Source: Candidatus Omnitrophota bacterium (GTDB lineage Bacteria; Omnitrophota; Gorgyraeia; Zapsychrales; JANLHA01). Taken from it: DNA of 64,000 bases. The stretch lies in the NCBI GenBank assembly GCA_022711395.1, contig JAKLFA010000004.1, positions 70,361 to 134,360 on the forward strand, in the 5' to 3' direction. Within the stretch, counting starts at the first letter, position 1, and each line of letters begins with the position of its first letter. The notes beneath the pieces are model-generated. The model worked only from the letters and a program-made list of their open reading frames with translations, was not told the origin of the DNA and searched no databases. Below are positions 9,553 to 17,489 of the stretch, piece by piece. A program made the position numbers and the translations under genes.

Positions 9553-10290
9553 TTAAAAATAGATTTTCATCTTTTCTACGAATTGGGCGGCCAGTTTCTC
9601 CACCGCGATCCTTTTTTGATCCAACAGGAAAACATCCTGACCGCTTCCATAATATTCCGGAGATTGAATCGCCGCTACACGGCTGCGCGCTTGCTGGTTC
9701 GCGTTCACTAAAATGATCGGCCGTCTATCTTTGACATCAACCAAAACCCCGACGGAACTGATATCAAGCTGGATCTTGCGGCTCGGGACCAGGTAAGCCC
9801 CCACGATCGTAATGTCCAATATAGACCATGCCGTAGGCTGACTGGCCAGTTCCGCGGTTCCGCCATAAAGAAGGACATAATCCAAACCCATATCCTCCGC
9901 CATATTACATAACTGGATGATACGTCCTGAAACATCGATTTCATTCTGGTTCTGCGCATAATACACATTTCCATTGCCTTGTAACCCTCCCAGCGGCAGA
10001 CCTAAAACCTGGGAAAACATCCCCGTTTCTTTTTTAAGCGCCTCCAGCATGGCCAAGTGCGGAACATCTTCTCCAACCTGAGCAACTCCCAGCTTCATCG
10101 GCTCCTGCGGATCAAAGACACGGGCCGCTGGTTTTTCAATTTTTTCCTTTTCGCTGTAAAGACCATAAACAATATTAGAATAGTTATAAATCCCAAGCTC
10201 TTTTGAAGAAAGGCCTGTGGTGTAGCAACCAGATACAGAGAAAACCAACATAAAAATCATCATGAATTTAAGACCCGTTGTTTTTTTCAT
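9553..10290 (-). CDS. Lipoprotein of unknown function.
   Basis: A signal peptide with lipobox (MKKTTGLKFMMIFMLVFSVSGC) is present. I could not assign a family (CsgG or LpoB resemblance is uncertain). A perfect TTAAC-N2-GTTAA inverted repeat lies upstream. Confidence 0.5.
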   Translation of the reverse strand: MKKTTGLKFMMIFMLVFSVSGCYTTGLSSKELGIYNYSNIVYGLYSEKEKIEKPAARVFDPQEPMKLGVAQVGEDVPHLAMLEALKKETGMFSQVLGLPLGGLQGNGNVYYAQNQNEIDVSGRIIQLCNMAEDMGLDYVLLYGGTAELASQPTAWSILDITIVGAYLVPSRKIQLDISSVGVLVDVKDRRPIILVNANQQARSRVAAIQSPEYYGSGQDVFLLDQKRIAVEKLAAQFVEKMKIYF

Positions 10291-10323
10291 CGTCCTCTCC
10301 TTGCTTTAATTTAATTAATATAT

Positions 10324-10335
10324 CAAATATTAACT
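10324..10335. promoter_or_regulatory. Perfect inverted repeat TTAAC-tt-GTTAA upstream of the lipoprotein gene; candidate MarR operator.
   Basis: The same core as the half-site overlapping the marR -35 box. It lies 34-45 bp upstream of the lipoprotein ATG. Confidence 0.35.
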
Positions 10336-10359
10336 TGTTAAATATATTGGTAAAAATTT

Positions 10360-10830
10360 TTAAGGGATGATAATCCCCAACCACTTAACCAGAATGCCGG
10401 CCACAATCTTTTGGTCCTCAACTGGCAATCCCTGCAAACAATAAATCAATTCTTGATTATATCTAGGCCAGATCTCATCCAGCAATTGCGACCCTTTTTC
10501 GGTAACATGGACCTTTTTGATCCTGCGGTCATCTGGCTCCGCCCGGCGGACCGCCAGCCCCTCGTCTTCAAGTTTATCAATAAGGCGTGTAAGATTCGAC
10601 GCTGTAGCGATCAGCTTCTTCCCTATATCCACTTGGCTGATCCCGGCTCCTTTCCCCTGATGCTGTATCACTAACAACACATTTAATTGCGCCGGCGTTA
10701 AATGATAATGTTTTAAATACGATGACATCCGATTATTCCAGTGATTATAGAGAAGCGCCACGGAATAGATAATTTCTTCGTGGTATTTGCCCTGCCCTGT
10801 TTCAACTCCAAAATTCTCAAGCACACTCAT
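10360..10830 (-). CDS. MarR-family transcriptional regulator.
   Basis: 156 aa with winged-helix core LTPAQLNVLLVIQHQGKGAGISQVDIGKKLIATASNLTRLIDKLEDEGLAVRR. A GAGGAG RBS lies 7 nt before the ATG. Confidence 0.8.
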   Translation of the reverse strand: MSVLENFGVETGQGKYHEEIIYSVALLYNHWNNRMSSYLKHYHLTPAQLNVLLVIQHQGKGAGISQVDIGKKLIATASNLTRLIDKLEDEGLAVRRAEPDDRRIKKVHVTEKGSQLLDEIWPRYNQELIYCLQGLPVEDQKIVAGILVKWLGIIIP

Positions 10831-10851
10831 TGTTTTATCTCCTCAGTTATA

Positions 10852-10880
10852 AGTGTACATTGCAATTATTAACTTGTCAA
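10852..10880 (-). promoter_or_regulatory. Sigma70-type promoter of the MarR gene (-35 TTGACA, 17-bp spacer, -10 TACACT), overlapping a TTAAC-tt-GTcAA half-palindrome.
   Basis: The minus-strand read is TTGACAAGTTAATAATTGCAATGTACACTTATAACTGAGGAGATAAAACAATG, with a GAGGAG RBS. Confidence 0.4.
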
Positions 10881-10929
10881 CTAATTTTTTAAAATTTTTG
10901 GGGAGCCGGACATCTCTCCCCAAAAACTG

Positions 10930-11715
10930 TTATCTTCTTCGCATCTTTGCCAAAAGGCGTAAAATTTCCAAATACAGCCAAATCAAAGTCACCATAAGCC
11001 CAAAAGCTCCATACCACTCCATATGTTTTTTGGCACCCATGCGCGACCCCTGCTCGATCATATAAAAATCCGCTAATAAATTGAACGCGGCAATGCCAAC
11101 CACAATGACGCTGAACCCTATCCCCATGGGAGTGCTGCTATAGATAAAGGGAAGCGAACGGCCGAAAAAGCTGAAAATCCAGCTGCAAAGGTAGACCAAA
11201 AAGATGGCACCTGTTGCCATAGTCAACCCCATCATGAACTTCTGATTGATTGGAATAATACCTGTTTTATAAATCAATAGCATAATTAACAAAACAGCAA
11301 CCGTCAACATGACCGCCTGGGCCACAATGCCCTCATACATGACCTGATACATCGCTGAAACTCCCCCCAAGACCATCCCCTCTAAAAGCGCATAAATCGG
11401 AGCGGTGACCGGAGACCATTCACGTTTAAAAATTGTCACCAACGCGGCGATAAACCCAGCAATCGCGCCGAACATCACATAACCACCTGCGGCAGCGTTG
11501 ATCTGAGAAGCTGAAATCTCCCGAGCATAGCCCGCGATAACCGGACCGGTTGACAGCGCCTGATTCCAGACCCAGACGGCCGATAAGATCACCAATAATA
11601 AGAGAAAAAAACATTTGTTGACCGTTCCCTGGATCGTCATGGCATCCGCCTGGGTATACGCGCGGGATTGCTCAAAAGTCGCAGGATTTAAAGTTGGATT
11701 ACTCGTGCGAAACAT
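10930..11715 (-). CDS. Bax-inhibitor-1/YccA-like 7-TM membrane protein (tentative).
   Basis: 261 aa. The N-terminus (MFRTSNPTL...FEQSRAY...TIQGTVNKCFFLLLLVILSAVWVW) is followed by about 7 hydrophobic helices, which is typical of the BI-1/YccA family. The assignment rests on pattern recall only. Confidence 0.45.
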   Translation of the reverse strand: MFRTSNPTLNPATFEQSRAYTQADAMTIQGTVNKCFFLLLLVILSAVWVWNQALSTGPVIAGYAREISASQINAAAGGYVMFGAIAGFIAALVTIFKREWSPVTAPIYALLEGMVLGGVSAMYQVMYEGIVAQAVMLTVAVLLIMLLIYKTGIIPINQKFMMGLTMATGAIFLVYLCSWIFSFFGRSLPFIYSSTPMGIGFSVIVVGIAAFNLLADFYMIEQGSRMGAKKHMEWYGAFGLMVTLIWLYLEILRLLAKMRRR

Positions 11716-11748
11716 GTATCATCCCTCCTTTTTTAAAAATCAAAAGCT

Positions 11749-12204
11749 CTACACAATGCCTACTATCCGTACAGCAATATGCATTATAACACCGGTATAG
11801 ATTCCTGCAATAATGTCATCCATCATAATTCCCAGCCCGCCGCCCAGCTGCTCGAATTTACAAACCGGATAGATCTTGAACATATCAAAAGCCCGAAACA
11901 GGAAATATGCGGTCCAGATCACAGCGGGAGTCATAGGCAAAAGAAAAAACGCGATCATGATCCCGGAAACCTCATCGATCACTACACAGCCCGGGTCTTT
12001 TTTTTCGGTGATCTTTTCCATCGCGCCCCCCACCTTAAAGCCAATGGCTGTGATCGCAACAAAAACCAGCACATACAAAACGGTCGACTGATGCAACAGC
12101 ACTGCCAAAACAGCCCCGGCTAGGCTCGCCATGCTCCCTGGAGCGAACGGTGAATATCCAATATAAAAGAATGTTGACCAAATTTTGACCCAGCGCTCTG
12201 ACAT
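11749..12204 (-). CDS. pgpA: Phosphatidylglycerophosphatase A.
   Basis: The PgpA signature GYSPFAPGSMASLAG is present; the protein is 151 aa and hydrophobic. Confidence 0.75.
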   Translation of the reverse strand: MSERWVKIWSTFFYIGYSPFAPGSMASLAGAVLAVLLHQSTVLYVLVFVAITAIGFKVGGAMEKITEKKDPGCVVIDEVSGIMIAFFLLPMTPAVIWTAYFLFRAFDMFKIYPVCKFEQLGGGLGIMMDDIIAGIYTGVIMHIAVRIVGIV

Positions 12205-12214
12205 GAAGCCTCCT

Positions 12215-12787
12215 TCATCTCAATTTAAAAACAGTTCGATTATTCCAAAGGGCCGATATTCCGGAAACCAACGTGACAAGGACGGTCAGATATAATAAAA
12301 ACGGCATCATGTCTATACACGCTTCCACAACCGGCCAAGCGACCCGAAAGGGGCCGAACAGGATATCCATGCAAAACAAAATAACAAGGGCTGTTGTCAT
12401 TTGAAGGACTGTCTTCAATTTCCCTGCCCGTTCAGCGGCCAGCACCTTGCCCTTCGCCACTGCCACAAGCCGAAATGCCGTCAAACCGATTTCGCGCGCC
12501 GAGATCACCCAGAACATCCACCAGGGCATGATCCCTTCCCAAGAAAACAGGCCAAAGGCAGAGAGCATCAAGAATTTGTCCGCGATCGGGTCCATGATCT
12601 TCCCAAAAGAACTGACCACATTGTATTTTCTCGCAAGATACCCGTCCAGCCAATCACTGAGCGCAGCCAGAAGAAAACACACGGTCGCAAAAACAAAACC
12701 GATCCCGTCGCCCTCCAGAAAAAAACATATAAAAAATCCGGTCAAAATAAACCGCAGGATCGTTAGAATATTGGGTATCTGCTTCAT
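12215..12787 (-). CDS. pgsA: CDP-diacylglycerol--glycerol-3-phosphate 3-phosphatidyltransferase.
   Basis: CDP-alcohol phosphatidyltransferase motif (NILTILRFIL...DWLDGYLARK...FGKIMDPIADK) is present. The ORF is collinear with E. coli PgsA. Confidence 0.85.
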   Translation of the reverse strand: MKQIPNILTILRFILTGFFICFFLEGDGIGFVFATVCFLLAALSDWLDGYLARKYNVVSSFGKIMDPIADKFLMLSAFGLFSWEGIMPWWMFWVISAREIGLTAFRLVAVAKGKVLAAERAGKLKTVLQMTTALVILFCMDILFGPFRVAWPVVEACIDMMPFLLYLTVLVTLVSGISALWNNRTVFKLR

Positions 12788-14043
12788 AAGATCACCTCGC
12801 TGACCAAGTCATATTCATAACTATCAACAACCTTGGCCTGAACGAACTGGCCGATCTGCAATTTGCGTGCTGAACGCACATACACGACCCCATCCACATC
12901 CGGGGCATCGTATTGCGTCCGCCCCGCGTAAAGGCCCCTTTCCTGGCAAGCTTCGATCAAAACCTCAGATGTACGCCCGATCCATTCCTTCTGCAGCTCG
13001 GAAGAGACCTTTTGCTGAATCTTCATCAATGTATTCCGCCGGGCCCTTTTTACCTTGTGCGGGACCTGGCCCGGCATATCAAATGCCGGGGTCCCCTCTT
13101 CCGCTGAGTATTCAAAGACCCCTACTTTATCAAAACGCATTTCTTTCACAAAGTCACATAATTCCTTAAACTCTGCCCCCGTCTCTCCGGGCAGTCCCGT
13201 TATGAAGGCGGTCCGGATACGGACCTCCGGGACGATCTTGCGGATCTTTTTGATCAAAGCCCGAGTCCCCGCCGCTGTTATGTTACGTTTCATCGATTTC
13301 AGGATCCGGTCACTAATATGCTGAAGCGGAATATCCACATATTTGCATATCCGTTTTTCCTCGGCCATCACATGAAGCAATTCGTCGGTCATATGCGCTG
13401 GATACATATAAAGAAGGCGTATCCAATGCACATTATTCAAACTGGAACACAAATCCTTAACTAAATCGGCCAGCCTGGCTTTGCGGTAAAGGTCCATTCC
13501 ATAAGCGGTAATATCCTGGCCTACGATGTTCAATTCCTTCACACCCTGGCGGTCAAGCCGCTCCGCCTCCTTTAAGACAGAAATCATTTCGCGGGAAGAA
13601 AACCGGCCCTTGATCTTTGGAATAACACAAAACGCACAATGATTAAAACAGCTTTCACAGATCTTTAAATAGGCTAAATGCTCCGGTGTCAAACGCACTT
13701 GTTTTTGAACCTTATCTTTCAAGAGCTGTCTCACTCCCCGGAACTCATCGACTTCCGGAAATTCTTTTTTCAACTCTTGGGCATAACGTTCTGAAAGACA
13801 GCCCGCCACAACGATCCGTTTGATCTTGCCCTGAGCCTTAAGAGCGATCACATCCAAAATCGTGTCGATCGATTCCTTTTTGGCTGCTTCAATGAAGCCA
13901 CAGGTGTTAATAATGACCGTATCCGCCTGATCTAGGCGGCTGACGACATCAAAACCCTGCCCCTTAGCCTCTCCCAGCAGTGCTTGCGAATCAACGGTGT
14001 TGCGCACACACCCCAGACTGATAATTGAAATTTTCTTAGCCAT
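12784..14043 (-). CDS. rimO: Ribosomal protein S12 methylthiotransferase RimO (MiaB-like radical SAM with TRAM domain).
   Basis: The N-terminal MTTase domain (ISLGCVRNTVDSQ...VIINTCGFI) aligns well with E. coli RimO. The radical SAM motif CESCFNHCAFC and a C-terminal TRAM domain (GQFVQAKVVDSYEYDLVSEV) are present. Confidence 0.85.
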   Translation of the reverse strand: MAKKISIISLGCVRNTVDSQALLGEAKGQGFDVVSRLDQADTVIINTCGFIEAAKKESIDTILDVIALKAQGKIKRIVVAGCLSERYAQELKKEFPEVDEFRGVRQLLKDKVQKQVRLTPEHLAYLKICESCFNHCAFCVIPKIKGRFSSREMISVLKEAERLDRQGVKELNIVGQDITAYGMDLYRKARLADLVKDLCSSLNNVHWIRLLYMYPAHMTDELLHVMAEEKRICKYVDIPLQHISDRILKSMKRNITAAGTRALIKKIRKIVPEVRIRTAFITGLPGETGAEFKELCDFVKEMRFDKVGVFEYSAEEGTPAFDMPGQVPHKVKRARRNTLMKIQQKVSSELQKEWIGRTSEVLIEACQERGLYAGRTQYDAPDVDGVVYVRSARKLQIGQFVQAKVVDSYEYDLVSEVIL

Positions 14044-14143
14044 AAAGAAAAACGCATCTTGTCATCCGTATGATCACGCCCCAAAATCCTGTCATGGTCA
14101 TACAAAGAAGAAAGATGCGACGACTTTCATCTCCTGAACCCAT

Positions 14144-15058
14144 TTACTCTTTAACCGATAATCCATCCTTGGTGATGATAACACGCCGAGCCGTCCTATC
14201 CGCGCGGCCTAAAGCCCCCAAAACTTTCCCATTAAGCTCAAACTCCAACTCATGGATAATGCGGCCCGAGACCTCGATCTGTTTTTCCGCCGTCCAACTT
14301 TCCACCGCGCCTTCCCGGATCGTGGATTGCAAAACAAGCATACCGTCGACTTTGACCTGAAGCCATCCTTTTTTACGGGCCCGTATCGTCACCCGCACCT
14401 TGTTTTCCGGCGGTTCCGGATCGATCACTTGGGGGGCCGCTTCCGGCTCCTTCACTTTCTGAGCAGCGACAGGCGTGACAGCTGTTGTTTTTGCTTCTGA
14501 AACCGCCGCCATGTTCTGGGATGCAGGAATGGACGTAGCTTTCTGCGCTTTGGGCTTAGGAACCGGAACAACGTCTGCGGACGGCGGGATATCAACAACC
14601 GCTGAAGTTCCACCCGAAGGCCTTGCCGCCTTGGCCTTTGCCAAGATACAACCTCCCACGCGCAGACACAGAACAAACAACAGAACAGCACCGGTGATCA
14701 GAACGATCCACCGCTGACGCTCTTTATTCAAAAAAGAATCGAACTGATCATCGGCCTTCACTGCCACTTGAACCGGCGGCCTACGTTCAACCCGCGCCTC
14801 TTTCACCTCTTCCGCTTTTGGCTCAATCATCTCCGGCTTCATCTCAACATCAAGATACTGAGCATACATCTTAATGAAGCCTTTTAAATAGAACGAAGAT
14901 AAGCTGTGCACGGTATAGCCTTCCTCGATCGCCTTTAAAACATCCATCGGGATCTTCGTGACTTCATGGATCGTGCTTAAAGAAATACCCTTGGCTTCAC
15001 GAGTTTCTTTCAAAAGCCCTCCCATGGACTTCTTTTGAGATCCGCTCGAATGTGCCAT
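14144..15058 (-). CDS. rodZ: Cytoskeleton protein RodZ (N-terminal HTH, TM segment, Pro/Ala-rich linker, C-terminal DUF4115-like domain).
   Basis: An N-terminal XRE-like HTH (LLKETREAKGISLSTIHEVTKIPMDVLKAIEEG) is followed by a single TM (WIVLITGAVLLFVLCL) and a low-complexity P/A/V linker. The C-terminal beta domain reads VRVTIRARKKGWLQVKVDG. Confidence 0.7.
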   Translation of the reverse strand: MAHSSGSQKKSMGGLLKETREAKGISLSTIHEVTKIPMDVLKAIEEGYTVHSLSSFYLKGFIKMYAQYLDVEMKPEMIEPKAEEVKEARVERRPPVQVAVKADDQFDSFLNKERQRWIVLITGAVLLFVLCLRVGGCILAKAKAARPSGGTSAVVDIPPSADVVPVPKPKAQKATSIPASQNMAAVSEAKTTAVTPVAAQKVKEPEAAPQVIDPEPPENKVRVTIRARKKGWLQVKVDGMLVLQSTIREGAVESWTAEKQIEVSGRIIHELEFELNGKVLGALGRADRTARRVIITKDGLSVKE

Positions 15059-15088
15059 CCTGTCCCCCTTATTGAAATCCTCTACCTC

Positions 15089-17365
15089 TTAAGTTTCTTC
15101 AGCCGGAGAATTGTTCATGTTCTTAACAAGCCATTCTTCCCTGTCCACTAAAAGCTCCCGCGCCTTACTGCCACAATAAGGCCCAACGATTCCGTTCTGT
15201 TCCATCATGTCGATCAACCGGGCTGCCCGCGTGTATCCCAAACGCATCCTTCGCTGTAAAATAGACACCGAAGCCTGATTGGTTTCGATCACCACTCGCA
15301 CCGCTTCGTCATAAAGCTCATCCTGCTGTTCAGATCCCCCTCCAGCGCCGGAGGTTTGCTGATTGAGGATCGTGTCATCGTACTCGGGCGTTTGCTGATT
15401 CTTGATAAAATCAATGACGCGAAAAACTTCTTTGTCAGAAACAAAACTGCATTGCCCGCGCGTCGGCTTGGCGTCTCCCGGCTGAATAAACAAAAGGTCA
15501 CCCTTACCCAAAAGAGTTTCAGCGCCGTTCATATCCAGGACCGTCCTTGAATCCACCTTGGATGCGACTTTAAAAGAAACCCGGGCTGGAAAATTCGCTT
15601 TAATAACACCTGTAATAACATCCACTGACGGACGTTGTGTGGCAAGGATCAAATGGATCCCTACCGCGCGGGACAACTGCGCCAAACGGGTGATGGAGCT
15701 TTCGATCGTCTTGGCAGACACCTGCATCAGATCGGCAAGCTCATCAATGATAACGACAATATAGGGCATCGGAAGACCCCTTTCACGATACCCTTTAATG
15801 TTGCGCACACGCTCCTTGGACAAAAGTTTATAACGGTGTTCCATTTCAGCAACGATCCAATTCAAAGCAGCCGACACCTTTTTAGCATCGGTCACCGCCG
15901 GAGAAAGCATGTGCGGAAGGTCATTATAACACGCCAATTCCACCATCTTAGGATCGACCATCAAAAATTTCAGGTCTTCCGGCGAAGAATTGTAAAGCAT
16001 GGACATAATGATCGTGTTCACACAGACCGTCTTACCAGCGCCTGTCGTCCCTGCGATCAAAAGGTGTGGCATGTCCGCCAAATCCGCGATCAGCGGCCGG
16101 CCGGAGATGTCTTTTCCCAACGCTAAAGTCAGCTTGGATTTTGCGTTCTGGAACTGTGATGTCGCAAGGACATCTTTTAAATAAACCGCCGCCTTGGAAC
16201 TGTTGGGGACCTCAATCCCCACCCGGTTTTTACCTGGAATAGGCGCCACGATACGGACCGCAGCCGCGCGCATAGCCAGCGCGATATCGTCTGAAAGGGT
16301 TGTGATCTGCTGGACCTTCACACCCGGAGCGGGCTCAAGTTCATAGCGGGTGATCACCGGTCCACGTTCAATATCGGCGACCCTTACCTTCACATTAAAA
16401 TCCTTTAATGTCGTTTCAAGGATCTGTGCACCGTTCTCCAAATCCGACTGTAAAGCGCTCTCGGAGATCTCAGGCGGATCCTCCAAAAGGTCCAAACCCG
16501 GCAAATGATATTCCCCTACGATCTTAGGCTTCATTTCCTTTGCTTTATCCGTAACCGGGTTTGCGATACGGATCGTGGGCTTTACAGATAATGGTTCTTC
16601 TTCACCCTCACCTTCTTCTACATCAGCATCGGCATCTTCTTCATAACTGTCCTCTTCCTCGTCGTCTTCCTCTTCCTCCTCATCGTCAATTTCAGACTCA
16701 TAGTCGTCTTCATCTTCTTCAGGGTCCGAATGGCGAAGACGAGCCTTCGGAGGCTGTTTCTTAACGGCAGTCTTTGCGGGAACCATCGTCTGCTTGATAT
16801 TCTTGATCGGATTTTTAAACGAAGCAAGCACGTCCCGGCAGACTTCTAAGAGTTTCATCAAAAAGGGCGAAACTAAAAATTCACCGGTAATGATCAAAGT
16901 CAGGGTGCCCAAAGTGAACAGCACAATATAGGCCCCCGTCCAACCGAGATATTTGACAAGAAAATCCGCTGACAAAAATCCTACCAATCCCCCCCTGGCG
17001 AAACGGAACGCTTCAATCTGGGACCCGGTCATTCCGAACAACGTGCTTACGGAACAAAAAAGGATCAGGGCAGAAACGAGCTTTGAGAATGTAAATTCAA
17101 GTTGACGACCGGCGAATTTATTCCAGCTCCAGAACAATAGAAACCCGGCAAGACAATATGCGCTGTGGCCGAACACGAACAAAACACTGCCGGCCAAATA
17201 CGCGCCGACAATACGGACCAGATTTTTCGCGGGAACGTTAGGATTGGATGTATACCAGGACAGATCGTCCGGGACAAAAGAAATCAAACTGGCCAGCAGG
17301 ATCAATCCTGCGGCAAAAATAAGGACACCTTTTATTTCATCAATGTGTTCTTGTTTCATGATCAC
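15089..17365 (-). CDS. ftsK: DNA translocase FtsK.
   Basis: N-terminal TM helices are followed by an acidic D/E linker. The motor domain carries Walker A (GTTGAGKTVCVNTII) and DELADLM. The C-terminal gamma winged helix reads LYDEAVRVV...ASVSILQRRMRLGYTRAARLIDMMEQNGIVG. Confidence 0.9.
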   Translation of the reverse strand: MIMKQEHIDEIKGVLIFAAGLILLASLISFVPDDLSWYTSNPNVPAKNLVRIVGAYLAGSVLFVFGHSAYCLAGFLLFWSWNKFAGRQLEFTFSKLVSALILFCSVSTLFGMTGSQIEAFRFARGGLVGFLSADFLVKYLGWTGAYIVLFTLGTLTLIITGEFLVSPFLMKLLEVCRDVLASFKNPIKNIKQTMVPAKTAVKKQPPKARLRHSDPEEDEDDYESEIDDEEEEEDDEEEDSYEEDADADVEEGEGEEEPLSVKPTIRIANPVTDKAKEMKPKIVGEYHLPGLDLLEDPPEISESALQSDLENGAQILETTLKDFNVKVRVADIERGPVITRYELEPAPGVKVQQITTLSDDIALAMRAAAVRIVAPIPGKNRVGIEVPNSSKAAVYLKDVLATSQFQNAKSKLTLALGKDISGRPLIADLADMPHLLIAGTTGAGKTVCVNTIIMSMLYNSSPEDLKFLMVDPKMVELACYNDLPHMLSPAVTDAKKVSAALNWIVAEMEHRYKLLSKERVRNIKGYRERGLPMPYIVVIIDELADLMQVSAKTIESSITRLAQLSRAVGIHLILATQRPSVDVITGVIKANFPARVSFKVASKVDSRTVLDMNGAETLLGKGDLLFIQPGDAKPTRGQCSFVSDKEVFRVIDFIKNQQTPEYDDTILNQQTSGAGGGSEQQDELYDEAVRVVIETNQASVSILQRRMRLGYTRAARLIDMMEQNGIVGPYCGSKARELLVDREEWLVKNMNNSPAEET

Positions 17366-17415
17366 AACGAGTATAAGGTGGTTAGATCTTTATTAAGAAC
17401 CCGACTATAAATAAA

Positions 17416-17486
17416 AAGCGTTCGCATTTCTTGATTGTTAATATTAATACTAATTTTTATATTAACATTAAAGAAGCGCGAACGCC
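17416..17486. terminator. Long AT-rich stem-loop between pnp (3' end) and ftsK (5' end); probable pnp terminator/processing hairpin.
   Basis: The outer arms GCGTTCGC (17418..17425) and GCGAACGC (17478..17485) are exact complements. Inner arms TGTTAATAT and ATATTAACA sit within the 52-nt spacer. Confidence 0.35.
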
Positions 17487-17489
17487 ACA

